Source: an uncultured Chloroflexia bacterium (GTDB taxonomy: Bacteria; Chloroflexota; Limnocylindria; Limnocylindrales; CSP1-4). Taken from it: 64,000 nucleotides of DNA. Numbering within the stretch: the first letter of the stretch is position 1; the number at the start of each line of letters is the position of its first letter. Under the pieces are notes generated by a model, which worked only from the letters and a program-made list of their open reading frames with translations, was not told the origin of the DNA and searched no databases. The DNA is taken from positions 384,001 through 448,000 of the forward strand of contig CAVPPB010000003.1 in assembly GCA_963707215.1 (NCBI GenBank), given 5' to 3'. Of the stretch, positions 37,375 through 47,064 are shown one piece after another. The position numbers and the translations under genes were made by a program.

Positions 37375-39551
37375 CTACGCGTAAGCCACCCGCTCGACAC
37401 GCTCGCGCCAGGCCAGGAACCAGGCGACGAGGATGCCGAGGGCGACGATGGTGAGGACGTTGAGCGCGGCCGAGACCGCGAACCAGCCAGGACCGGACGA
37501 GTAGTCGAAGATGAAGTACGAGAAGGTCGCCATCGTGACCATCCCTCCAGGCAGCTGGTCGAGGAGGGCGAAGAACAGGTAGAACTGGTTGAAGGCGGCG
37601 ATCCCCCGGATGACCATGGCCGGGATCAGCAGCGGCAGCAGCAGCGGCAGGATCACCGACCGGATCCGAGCCCAGGGGCCGGCGCCGTCGATCGCGGCCG
37701 CCTCGACCGCGCTCCTGGGCACGGCCTGGAGGCCGGCCGTGGCGACGAGCATGAAGAGCGGGAAGCCCATCCAGGTCGACGCCAGCAGGAGCAGGACCAG
37801 CGAGACCTCCGGGCTCCCCGGCCAGGGGATCGGCTGCCCGACGGCGAGGGCCAGGTAGCCTCGCTCCGGGTGGAGGATCGTCCGCCAGGCGACAGCGCCC
37901 GACGAACTCGGGGATGGCCCAGGGCAACACGAACAGGACCCGCCAGGCGTTGGCGAAGCGGACCCCCGGCCGGGCCAGCAGGAGGGCGATCCCGACCCCG
38001 ACGATGGCGGCCAGGAGCACCGACAGGCTGGCCCACAGGATCGAGAAGGCCGGGAAGGCCGCCGTCGTCTGGTCACCCAGCCAGAAGCCGCGGGTGATGC
38101 CGGCAAGCAGGTCGCCACCGACGTAGCGGACCTCGGTGCTCGAGCTCTCTGGCGACCAGGTCGCCGGCTCGATGGATCCGGTGAGGCCGCCGACCACCTC
38201 TCGGAGGACCCCGCCGTTGAGCCCATCGCGGAGCGAGGTGCTGCTGAAGTCGGTCGGCCGACATCGCCACTTCGTAGGCGAGCGGGATCGCGACGAGGAT
38301 CGAGAGGGCCGCGATCCCGGGCAACAGCCACGGGGCGGCTTCGCGGAGCCTCCTGGGACCGCCACCGGACGCCGCCCGCCTGGATCGCCCGGCCCGCAAC
38401 CCCCCGACCCAGCGGCCGATGGGCTCCAGGACGGCCGAGCGGAGGCCCAGCGCGGCCGCCACCGAGAGCGGGATCGAGAGCAGGAGCAGGTACTGCGGCC
38501 ACTTGGTCGGCCAGACGAGCAGGAAGGCGAGCGCCAGCCCGAGCCAGACCGCCATGAGCCGGTGCTCACGCCAGAGCCTCGCCAGGCCGAGCAGCGCGAA
38601 GACGGTGATGAACAGGTCCACACCCAGCGGGAAGGTCCCTGACGGATGGAACGGCACGGACCCGGATAGCCACACCAGCGGCTGCCAGGACGGCCAGCCC
38701 GTCGCGGCGACCGCCTCGCTGCCCGCGTAGCCGACGTGGAAGGCGAGCGAGTCGCCGAGTCGCCCGATCGGGTCGGGCCAGATGTAGGGGTTGCCCAGCA
38801 GGAAGAAGCCGAACGACAGCGCCAGCCAGCCGAGCTTCGGCACGAGCCAGCGACCGATCCCCCGGGGATCCATCCAGCCGGTCGGCCGGGTCGCCCAGAG
38901 CCACACGACGAGGATCGCGATCCCGGCGACCCCGTACATGTACTTGCCCGCGCAGGCGAGCCCGAAGCCGGCAGCCGCGAGGACCCACCAGCGAGCCGGT
39001 CGGGGGCTGCGCATCGCCCGCGTCGCTGCCAGGATCGCCACCAGGCTCAGGGCCGCGGGGACGGCCTCCAGCATGACCTGGCTCGTGTACTTCACGGTCC
39101 AGGTGTGGACCCCCAGCACGAGCCCGGCGATCGGCGAGACGAGCGCCAGGAGCAGCGCGGCGGCCGCGCCGAAGAGCGCCTGGAGGTCGCGGGCGACGGT
39201 GAAGTGCGGCTCGGGCAGCGATCCCGCCGGGGCGGCTGTCGTGGGCAGGTCCGGGACCAGCGGCGCAGGCTCGAGGGGCGTGATCGCCAGGCCGGTCAGG
39301 ATCTTCGTGAGCGGCGGGTGCTCGGGGCGGTAGTTCTCGCGGAAGAGGACCGTGGGGTCGCCGGCCTGGAACCCCTCGGCGTAGAGCTGGCCGGCCCGCA
39401 GGTAGTCGTCCTCGTCGAAGTCGATCGGCAGCCGGTCGACCGCGCCGAGACGTACCCACAGGGCCAGGATCGCCACCGCGACCGCGATCCCGATGCGGAC
39501 GGCCACCACGCTCCAGGTCGGCCACGACCCGGGCTGCGTGAGGACCCTCAC
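37375..39551 (-). CDS. Apparent fusion of a GT-C/PMT-like glycosyltransferase (N-terminal) and a MalF-like sugar ABC permease (C-terminal); frameshifts near 38260 and 37895
   Basis: N-terminal DFDEDDY, EHPPLTK, GKY; continues in frame to PWLLPG...IPLAYE; later LPWAIP and EAAAIDGA in shifted frames. Confidence 0.72.
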
Positions 39552-40570
39552 CGGTCGGGCACCGGGGCAGCGCCTGCGAGCAGCTCGCCGAGCCTGGAGA
39601 CGTCGACGTTGCCACCGGACAGGACCGCCGCCACCTGCTCGCCGTCACGGACGACGACCCGGCCGTACAGCAGGGCCGCCAGGGCGGCCGCCCCGGCCGG
39701 CTCCAGGATCTGCTTGAGCCGCTCGACAGCGAAGCGCAGGCCCCCCAGGACCTCGTCGTCGGGGATGCGGACGACCGCGTCGAGATAGCGGGCGCACAAC
39801 GGCAGGGTCCAGAACCCGGCCTGGGCGGCCCCGAGCCCGTCCGCGACGCTGCGGGGCTCGATCCGGACCGGTCGCCCCGCCTGTAGAGCACGGGCCATGG
39901 CGTCCGACGTGTCCGGTTCGACGCCGATCACGCGGACCGCCGGGCGGCGCTCCTTGAGCGCGGCCGCGACACCGGCGATGAGGCCACCGCCGCCGATGGG
40001 GACGACGACCAGATCGACCTCGGGCAGGTCCTCGAGCAGCTCCAGGCCGACGGACCCGTTGCCCGCGATGACGTCCGGGTCGTCGTAGGGGTGGCAGACC
40101 ACGCGACCCCGCTCGGCGGCGAGGCGCTCCATCTCCGTTGCCGCCTCGCCGAAGTGCTCGCCGTGGTGGACGACCGTCGCCCCGTAGCCGCGACAGGCAT
40201 CGACCTTGGATGGGTTGGCGACCCTGGGAACCACCACGGTCGCCGCCACGCCCCACTCTCGAGCGGCCCATGCGTACGCCTGCCCGGCGTTCCCGGCCGA
40301 GGCCGTGACGATGCCGGCCGCCCGGGACCGCGCATCGAGGGCCACGACGCGGCTGGAGGCGGCCCGGGCCTTGAACGAGCCTGTCGTCTGGAGGTGCTCG
40401 GCCTTGAGCCAGACCCGGCCGTCGCGGATCGAGCTCCCGGACGCGTGCTCCACGACCCGGCCGGCCGTCCGCGAGGAGAGCAGGGGCGTGCGCTGCACGT
40501 GACCGTCGATGGCCGATCGGGCGGCCACGATCCGGTCGAGCGTGACCGAGGGAAGGCCGGGCTTGGTCAT
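39548..40570 (-). CDS. Threonine/serine dehydratase family PLP enzyme
   Basis: KAEHLQTTGSFKAR, SAGN, PIGGGGLI, EPAGA, SGGN. Confidence 0.92.
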   Translation of the reverse strand: MTKPGLPSVTLDRIVAARSAIDGHVQRTPLLSSRTAGRVVEHASGSSIRDGRVWLKAEHLQTTGSFKARAASSRVVALDARSRAAGIVTASAGNAGQAYAWAAREWGVAATVVVPRVANPSKVDACRGYGATVVHHGEHFGEAATEMERLAAERGRVVCHPYDDPDVIAGNGSVGLELLEDLPEVDLVVVPIGGGGLIAGVAAALKERRPAVRVIGVEPDTSDAMARALQAGRPVRIEPRSVADGLGAAQAGFWTLPLCARYLDAVVRIPDDEVLGGLRFAVERLKQILEPAGAAALAALLYGRVVVRDGEQVAAVLSGGNVDVSRLGELLAGAAPVPDR

Positions 40571-40764
40571 CGATCGTCAGTCTGGCTCTGGGTCCCGCTG
40601 GACCATCGATCGGCGCCGGCAGTGCAGCGGGTCACCGGGCGAGTATCGCAGGTCGCGGGTCGCACGCTGGAGCCTGTGCGAACCGCCGCATCCGGTCCGG
40701 GCCAGGCGAGCTCGTCGGGCCGCCCGCCCTCCCAGGCCGCGGCCATCCACGTGACGCCCGATGA

Positions 40765-40793
40765 TTGCGTGTTTGCGCAAGTAGTGATATGGT
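40765..40793 (+). promoter_or_regulatory. Sigma70-like promoter (TTGCGT-N17-TATGGT) overlapping the inverted repeat TTGCG-N6-CGCAA; probably leaderless
   Basis: Locally AT-rich; -10 box 6 nt before the ArsR ATG; the inverted repeat is a candidate autoregulatory operator. Confidence 0.55.
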
Positions 40794-40799
40794 TCGACG

Positions 40800-41096
40800 A
40801 TGCTGGACACGGGCACCTTCACTCGACCTGATCGGCAGCGGGAGGCGGCCATCGGCCGGGCCCTCGCCGATCCGAAGCGCCTCTGCGTGCTGGAGTCGCT
40901 CGCCATCGGCGAGCTCTCGGTCAGCGAGCTCTCCGGGCGGGTCGGCTGCCAGGTCCCGAACATGAGCCAGCATCTGGCGGTCCTCCGCAGCGCCGGGCTG
41001 GTGACATCCCGACGCGAGGGGAACACCGTCCTCTACCGTCTCGCGGACCCGTCGGTCCTCGAGGCCTACCGGATCATCCAGCAGCTCGCCCGCTAG
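40800..41096 (+). CDS. ArsR/SmtB family transcriptional regulator
   Basis: ALADPKRL.VL...ELSVSEL...SQHLAVLRSAGLV..RREG..V.YRL. Confidence 0.92.
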   Translation: MLDTGTFTRPDRQREAAIGRALADPKRLCVLESLAIGELSVSELSGRVGCQVPNMSQHLAVLRSAGLVTSRREGNTVLYRLADPSVLEAYRIIQQLAR

Positions 41097-41140
41097 CCGG
41101 GCGACACCGACGACCCGCGTGGAGCGGGAGAAAGGGACCG

Positions 41141-41488
41141 ATGGCCGAGATCAAGCAGGCGACCGACACGACGTTCGAGGAGCTCGTCCTCAAGAACGAC
41201 CGGCCGGTCGTCGTGGACTTCTGGGCCGCCTGGTGCGGGCCGTGCAAGCTCGTTGCGCCCGAGATGGAGAAGATCGCCGAGAAGTACGACGGCTCGGTCG
41301 ACGTCGTCAAGGTCGACGTCGATGCGAACCCGGGTCTCTCGCAGGCCTTCAACATCATGAGCATCCCCACGATCGCCTTCTTCGCGCCGGGCCAGCAGCC
41401 CAAGGGCGTGGTCGGCTTCCGCCCCATGGAGCAGCTCGAGCAGGCCTTCGGCCTGGCCGAGTTCAGCAAACCAGCCGCCCAGGCCTGA
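41141..41488 (+). CDS. trxA: Thioredoxin
   Basis: VDFWAAWCGPCK, IMSIPT. Confidence 0.95.
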   Translation: MAEIKQATDTTFEELVLKNDRPVVVDFWAAWCGPCKLVAPEMEKIAEKYDGSVDVVKVDVDANPGLSQAFNIMSIPTIAFFAPGQQPKGVVGFRPMEQLEQAFGLAEFSKPAAQA

Positions 41489-41505
41489 ACGACCGACCCC
41501 GACCG

Positions 41506-41536
41506 AGAACCCCGACCGGGTCCCGGTCGGGGTTCT
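41506..41536 (+). terminator. Intrinsic terminator after trxA
   Basis: AGAACCCCGACCGGG-T-CCCGGTCGGGGTTCT followed by TT. Confidence 0.8.
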
Positions 41537-41568
41537 TTCCTGTCGGAGCGAAACGCGGGCCGGCTCGG

Positions 41569-42045
41569 TCAGCCGGCCGCAGCCAGGATGGCCTGCAGGT
41601 CCGGCAGGTGCTCCTCGTAGTGCTCGAGGGTCTCGGCTACCAGCGACCCCATGTGAAGAGGGTGCTTCACCCAGCGCGTCTCCGGCACCACCGTCAGGTA
41701 CCCGCGCAGCTCGCCGGGCGACGTGGCGAAGCGGCGGCGGAGCTCCTCGCGCGGAAGCGCGAGGTAGGTCGCCAGCAACTCGTCGTTCAGGCGGTCGCCC
41801 TTCTCCTCCCACTCGGCGTCGAGTCGCGCCAGGGTCGGGCTGGTCTCGCCGACCGCCAGCTCCCTGGCCATCTCGAGCGAGGATTCCTGCCAGGCCAGCA
41901 TATGGGCCATGAGGTCCGCGCCCGACCAGCCGTGGGCCCCGTCGACCGGGATCGCCAGCTGCTCGTCGTCCAGGTCGGCCAGGGCCTCGTAGGGCCGCCA
42001 GGCCTCCCGCTCTTCCTCCAGGAAGGACATGCCGTCGAGGAACAT
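41569..42045 (-). CDS. DinB/ClbS-like four-helix bundle protein
   Basis: GWSGADLMAHMLAW...HYEEH. Confidence 0.8.
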   Translation of the reverse strand: MFLDGMSFLEEEREAWRPYEALADLDDEQLAIPVDGAHGWSGADLMAHMLAWQESSLEMARELAVGETSPTLARLDAEWEEKGDRLNDELLATYLALPREELRRRFATSPGELRGYLTVVPETRWVKHPLHMGSLVAETLEHYEEHLPDLQAILAAAG

Positions 42046-42095
42046 GGCGGGAGCATAGCCGTGCGACCGCTGGGCCGTCTGGTAGAGTCCGCGCC

Positions 42096-42803
42096 GTGAG
42101 CGACGATCAGCCTCCTCGCCTGCCGCCCGTCAGCCCTGAAGCCGTCGACGCGGGCCCCGGCGGGTCTCTGTCGCCGGAGTTCCTTGCATCGCTGCTGGTC
42201 GAGGGCGACGACGAGCTCGTCGCCTGGGCGCTCCGTCATGCGCTCGACGAGCGATCGAGGGCCGAGGTCTTCGACGACCTCCTCGTCGGCGCGATGACCA
42301 TCATCGGCCAGCGCTGGGCCGACGGACAGTGGAGCGTCGCCGAGGAGCACCTCGCCAGCCAGACGATCGTCCGGGCCCTCGACCGCATCCGACCGGAGCA
42401 GGGTCCCGAGGCCCGGATCGGCCCCGTCGCGGTCCTCGCCGGGGTCGCCGGCGAGCGCCACATGATCGGCCTGATCTGCCTCGACCAGGTTCTCCGCGAT
42501 GACGGCTGGGCGGTCGCCAACCTCGGGGCCGACGTGCCGGCCGAGGACCTGGCCCGCTACGTGACCCGCAACGAAGCCACCCTCGTCGCCATCTCGGCCT
42601 CGGATCCCGACCGCCTGGAGACGCTCATCGACACGATCGCGGCCGTCCGCGCCGTCCGGCCCGACCTGTCGATCCTGCTGGGGGGGCGCATCGCGTCCAG
42701 GCCAGGCCTCGCCGAGACGCTCGGCGTCGACTGGGCGGGCACCTCGCTCGCCGATGCCGCCGTGGCGGCCGCTGGGGTCGTCGCGACCAGCGCCGAGGGC
42801 TGA
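42096..42803 (+). CDS. Stand-alone cobalamin-binding domain protein (CarH/AerR-like, no DNA-binding domain)
   Basis: IGQRW...SVAEEHLAS (W-x9-EH-like), GERHMIG, NLGADVP. Confidence 0.82.
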   Translation: MSDDQPPRLPPVSPEAVDAGPGGSLSPEFLASLLVEGDDELVAWALRHALDERSRAEVFDDLLVGAMTIIGQRWADGQWSVAEEHLASQTIVRALDRIRPEQGPEARIGPVAVLAGVAGERHMIGLICLDQVLRDDGWAVANLGADVPAEDLARYVTRNEATLVAISASDPDRLETLIDTIAAVRAVRPDLSILLGGRIASRPGLAETLGVDWAGTSLADAAVAAAGVVATSAEG

Positions 42804-42813
42804 CCCGGGCGGG

Positions 42814-44622
42814 TCAGACGGCGACCGGCTCCCGGTACTCACCGAAGACGTCCCTCAGGACCCGGCACTGCTCACCGAGCGTGGCGTACGCCCGCGCGCA
42901 GGCGATGAAGTGGGGCATGAGGTTCGATTCGGGCGTCCCCGGACGCGCGGCGGCATCCCGGAGGCCGGCGAGCGCCGTCGCCACGGCCTGGGCATCGCGC
43001 TCGCGCCGGACCCGGTCGAGTCGTTCGAGGTGCCGGCGGAGTGACGCTCCGGGGACCTCGAGGACCGGGATCGAGAGGTCCTCGTCGGGATCCACGTGGC
43101 GGTTGACGCCGACGATCGCCCGCTCGCCGGCATCGAAGGCACGCTGGAACGCGTAGGCGGCATCGGCGATCTCCCGCTGCGGGTACCCTGCCTCCACCGC
43201 CGCAACCATCCCGCCGCGTCGGTCGATCTCGTCGAGGTACTTCCAGACCGCCCGCTCCGTCGCGTTCGTGAGGGCCTCCACGTACCAGCTGCCGCCGAGC
43301 GGATCCACCGTGTCGGCAACGCCGGTCTCCTCCGCCAGGACCTGCTGCTGGCGGAGGGCAAGCTGGGCCGCTTCCGCCGTCGGCACGGCCAGGGCTTCGT
43401 CGTAGGCGTCGGTGTGCAGGGACTGGGTGCCGCCGAGGATCGCGGCCAGGGCCTGTGTGGCCACCCGCGTCAGGTTGTTGAGCGGCTGCTGCGGAGTGAG
43501 CGAGACACCGGCCGTCTGGGTGTGGAAGCGCATCCAGGTCGACCGCTCGTTCTCGGCCCGGTAGCGCTCCGTCATGAGCTTCCACCAGATCCGCCGGGCT
43601 GCCCGGAACTTGGCGATCTCCTCGAAGAAGTCGGAGTGCGAGTTGAAGAAGAACGAAAGGCGGGGTGCGAACTCGTCCACCCGCAGACCCCGCTCCATCG
43701 AGGCTTCGACGTAGGCCATCCCGTCGGCGATGGTGAAGGCGAGCTCCTGGACGGCCGTCGAGCCGGCCTCGCGGATGTGGTAGCCGCTGATGGAGATCGT
43801 GTTCCAGCGTGGCAGCTCGCGGGTCCCGAACTCGATCGTGTCAACGACCAGGCGCATCGACGGCGCCGGCGGGAAAAGGAACTCCTTCTGGGCGATGAAC
43901 TCCTTGAGGATGTCGTTCTGGGTGGTGCCTTCGAGGGCCGCGCGGGGCACACCGGCCTTCTCGGCGGCGACGATATACATCGCCCAGATCGGGGCGGCCG
44001 GCGAGTTGATGGTCATCGACGTGCTGATCTGGTCGAGCGGGAGGCCGGCCAGGAGCACCTCCATGTCGGCCAGGGAGCTGACCGCGACGCCGCAGGTGCC
44101 GAACTCCCCCTCGGCCTCCGGATCGTCGGTGTCGTAGCCGTAGAGGGTCGGCATGTCGTAGGCGATCGAAAGACCGGTCTGGCCGGCCTCCAGGAGCTTC
44201 CGGAACCGCTGGTTGGTGTCCTCCGCCGAGCCGAAGCCGGCGAACATCCGCATCGTCCAGAGGCGGCTCCGATAGCCGGTCGGATGGATGCCCCGGGTGA
44301 ACGGTGGCTCGCCGGGGAACCCGACGTCGCGGACCGGGTCGAAGTCGTCCCAGCGGCCGGCCTGAAGCAGGTCGCCATGGTGGTCGACCTCGGTCGGACC
44401 ACCGGGGCCTACCGGCCCCCCGGGATCGGCCTCGCCGGCGGCATCGAGGTCCCAGGGTCCGTAGAGCGGCAGGACTTCGACGTCGGAGAGCGTCGCGAAG
44501 CGATCGCGCCGCTCCGGCGCGCGTGACCTGGCCGGGCCCAGGCGTTCGATCCGCCAGCGCTGCCGCCGCTCGGCCCAATCGGGCGGTCGGTCGCGGCCGG
44601 CTCGACGATCGTCCGCGGTCAT
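42814..44622 (-). CDS. B12-dependent acyl-CoA mutase large subunit with isobutyryl-CoA mutase-type signature
   Basis: [46 protein letters not shown]. Confidence 0.92.
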   Translation of the reverse strand: MTADDRRAGRDRPPDWAERRQRWRIERLGPARSRAPERRDRFATLSDVEVLPLYGPWDLDAAGEADPGGPVGPGGPTEVDHHGDLLQAGRWDDFDPVRDVGFPGEPPFTRGIHPTGYRSRLWTMRMFAGFGSAEDTNQRFRKLLEAGQTGLSIAYDMPTLYGYDTDDPEAEGEFGTCGVAVSSLADMEVLLAGLPLDQISTSMTINSPAAPIWAMYIVAAEKAGVPRAALEGTTQNDILKEFIAQKEFLFPPAPSMRLVVDTIEFGTRELPRWNTISISGYHIREAGSTAVQELAFTIADGMAYVEASMERGLRVDEFAPRLSFFFNSHSDFFEEIAKFRAARRIWWKLMTERYRAENERSTWMRFHTQTAGVSLTPQQPLNNLTRVATQALAAILGGTQSLHTDAYDEALAVPTAEAAQLALRQQQVLAEETGVADTVDPLGGSWYVEALTNATERAVWKYLDEIDRRGGMVAAVEAGYPQREIADAAYAFQRAFDAGERAIVGVNRHVDPDEDLSIPVLEVPGASLRRHLERLDRVRRERDAQAVATALAGLRDAAARPGTPESNLMPHFIACARAYATLGEQCRVLRDVFGEYREPVAV

Positions 44623-44703
44623 GGCGGCGAAGATAGCACGGCCATGGCGCCCAGCCAGGATCGCTGGGGTCGTCGGTCGACGCGCTCGATCGCTCCGCCT
44701 GCG

Positions 44704-45336
44704 TCAGCCCTCGAAGGCGGCGATGGCCCGCTCCACGAGGGCATCGTGGGCGGCCGGATCCTCGACGTCACGCGCTGCGCTGCTGACGAGCGCGGCCCGG
44801 ACGACCGTCCCATCGGCCGAGGGCCAGGTGACGACCGTCTGGAGGTAGCCGTCGTTGGTGAGGTCGAGCCGATAGCCCGGGCGCCCGGCCACGGCCGACG
44901 GCCCACCGACGACGTTCTCGGTCTTGCGGGCCTCATCTGCTCCCTGGTGATAGAACCGGCCCATGTCCTCGGCCGTGAGCCCGTCGCCGCTGAACACGGC
45001 CAGGGTGGTGCCGCTCTCGGAGCCGAGCTCCCAGAGACCGCCGGCGAAGCGGACCTCATCGATCCCCGAGTCGACGAGCGGGCCCAGCCCGTCGGGCGTG
45101 CAGTTGCGACCGCTGTCGAGGCGATCCGGGGGCTTGCCCTCGAACTCCGCCGGGACCAGCGCCTCGAGCTCCGGATACGCGCCGGCGGCCTGGCCATCGG
45201 CCAGGCACGGACCGGTCGGATCGAAAGCGGGACCGCCGAGCGAGCAGCCCGTCGCCGCGACGAGAACGACGAGAACGACGGCGAGCAGGGACGCGAGCGA
45301 TCGGCGGCCGGCGCGACCGCCCTGGGAACGGGACAT
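44704..45336 (-). CDS. Hypothetical lipoprotein
   Basis: Signal peptide ending VAATGC; host-like codon use. Confidence 0.7.
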   Translation of the reverse strand: MSRSQGGRAGRRSLASLLAVVLVVLVAATGCSLGGPAFDPTGPCLADGQAAGAYPELEALVPAEFEGKPPDRLDSGRNCTPDGLGPLVDSGIDEVRFAGGLWELGSESGTTLAVFSGDGLTAEDMGRFYHQGADEARKTENVVGGPSAVAGRPGYRLDLTNDGYLQTVVTWPSADGTVVRAALVSSAARDVEDPAAHDALVERAIAAFEG

Positions 45337-45791
45337 GGTCCTAGCCTACCGCGACCCGACCGGGGATGCCGCCGGCCGGCGCTGGACGTGGCATCGCCCG
45401 AGGCGGTGACGTGCGGCACCGAACGGAGGTCCTGCTGGTGCCCGGGCGCCACCGGCCGGGCGTCATCCGGCCGCCATGACGAGCGACCCATTCCCGGGGA
45501 CGCCGTTCCGGCGTAGGTTCCGTGGTGCGCCGCACCCGGATCCGAGCGACCTGGGGCGTCGGCCACGGACGGCGGTCCGGACGACCCGCCGACGGGACGC
45601 GGACCGTCGGCCGGGAGGATCCCGGGGCCCGTCACGAGCCGAGTGACCATGAGCATCGGCCGGCAGGGCCGGGTCGGGGCGGCGGGACTGATCCTTCATC
45701 CGTGCTCGTGATGACCGGCGGCGACATCGTCGCCGGTCGTCGCCATGATCGCCGGTCGTGCCGCAGGGCGCTGGTCAGCGATCGAGGTCAC

Positions 45792-46490
45792 TCAGCGAGC
45801 GGCGGCGGCCCCGTCCCGCGGCAGGCGTCTTCCGGCCCCCCGCCGCTCCAGATCGTCGCGGACGACGCGGGCCGCGGCAGTGAGGTCACGGTCCCGGGTG
45901 ATCGTGGCGACGATCCAGCCGACGTACGACGGCTCGAACTCGGCGATCTCACCGAGCGTGTGCCCGCGGAACTTGCCGAACTCCACGACGTGGTCCCTGG
46001 CGGTCGCCAGGTCCGGCTCGGGTGGTCGCCGGAACCGACGGACCCTGCCGTAATGGATCGGGCCGTTCGGGTCGGAGGCCCGCGGCGCCTCGCACTCCGG
46101 CTGCGGCTTCGGTCGGGGCGGGAAGCCGGGCGGGACGACCGGCCGACCGACGCGCTCGTTGCGGGGCCGGAGCGTCGCCGACGTGTCCACCCGGGCGGTC
46201 ACCGGGGGGCTCGGTGGGGGCGGCGGCGGGCCGGATGGTCGGCGTGTCGACCGGTCGCCATAGCCGGGCGAAGCGGTCGGGCGAACGCCGGGCCGGGTGC
46301 CCGAGCGCAGCGACTCGTAGGCGGCGTTGATCTCGGCCATCCGTCGGGTGGCCCGACGCGACGCCGCCGGATCCCCGCCGGTGAGGTCCGGATGGTGCTG
46401 CCGGGCGAGGCGGCGCCAGGCCGCCTTGATCTGGGCGGATGTGGCACCCGGGCGGAGGCCCAGGACCTGGTGGGGATCGCGCTGGCCCAT
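45792..46490 (-). CDS. J-domain protein with a C-terminal FGK-motif (DUF3820-like) domain
   Basis: DPHQVLGL...IKAAWRRLARQHHPD...MAEINAAYESL; EFGKFRGHTLGEI....SYVGW. Confidence 0.85.
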   Translation of the reverse strand: MGQRDPHQVLGLRPGATSAQIKAAWRRLARQHHPDLTGGDPAASRRATRRMAEINAAYESLRSGTRPGVRPTASPGYGDRSTRRPSGPPPPPPSPPVTARVDTSATLRPRNERVGRPVVPPGFPPRPKPQPECEAPRASDPNGPIHYGRVRRFRRPPEPDLATARDHVVEFGKFRGHTLGEIAEFEPSYVGWIVATITRDRDLTAAARVVRDDLERRGAGRRLPRDGAAAAR

Positions 46491-46594
46491 GCCCCGAGTG
46501 TAACGATGGCGCCGGGGGCCCGGTCCAGGCCAGCGGACGCCGTCGGCTACGATGGCGCGACGCGGTCGACCGAGGCCGATCGGGCAGGGTCGAC

Positions 46595-47005
46595 ATGGGC
46601 TATCGCAGGTGCGCCGACATGCAGGTCGAGGAACTCCACGAGGTCCGGCGCGATCACGACGGCGAGCTCGCGGGGTACGTCGCGACGGACGCCGGGGAGT
46701 GGCTGGCCCTGACCGTCTTCCACGGGCTCCTGGGCAGGACGCAGACGTTCGAGGGCGCCTGCGAGCTGGTGCGCCGACGTGGGCTCGACGCGCTCGCCGA
46801 GCACTGGTACTGGTTCTCGCGGCGAACGGGCAGGTGGCGAGTCGTGCTGCCCCAGGAATCGGCACCGGGACGGGTCCGCGTGGCCCTCGGCTACTACTCG
46901 CTGCCGGGTGTCGCGGTGACCGCCATCACGTCGGCCGACCTGGCAGCCGGCGATCGACTCAGCCTCGAGCCCCCGGAGGGCATCGATCCCGACCCACTCG
47001 AGTGA
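46595..47005 (+). CDS. Hypothetical protein
   Basis: Protein-like ORF with host codon use. Confidence 0.6.
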   Translation: MGYRRCADMQVEELHEVRRDHDGELAGYVATDAGEWLALTVFHGLLGRTQTFEGACELVRRRGLDALAEHWYWFSRRTGRWRVVLPQESAPGRVRVALGYYSLPGVAVTAITSADLAAGDRLSLEPPEGIDPDPLE

Positions 47006-47064
47006 CGCCGCTCCCGCCGCGAGCCGCGCTTGACAGGTGACGCGCGCTGCCGTCCGATAGGCCC

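Noticed and set aside
44623-44703. Cobalamin riboswitch upstream of the mutase
   Set aside because: Only about 80 bp of intergenic space, a leaderless -10 box and no B12-box motifs.
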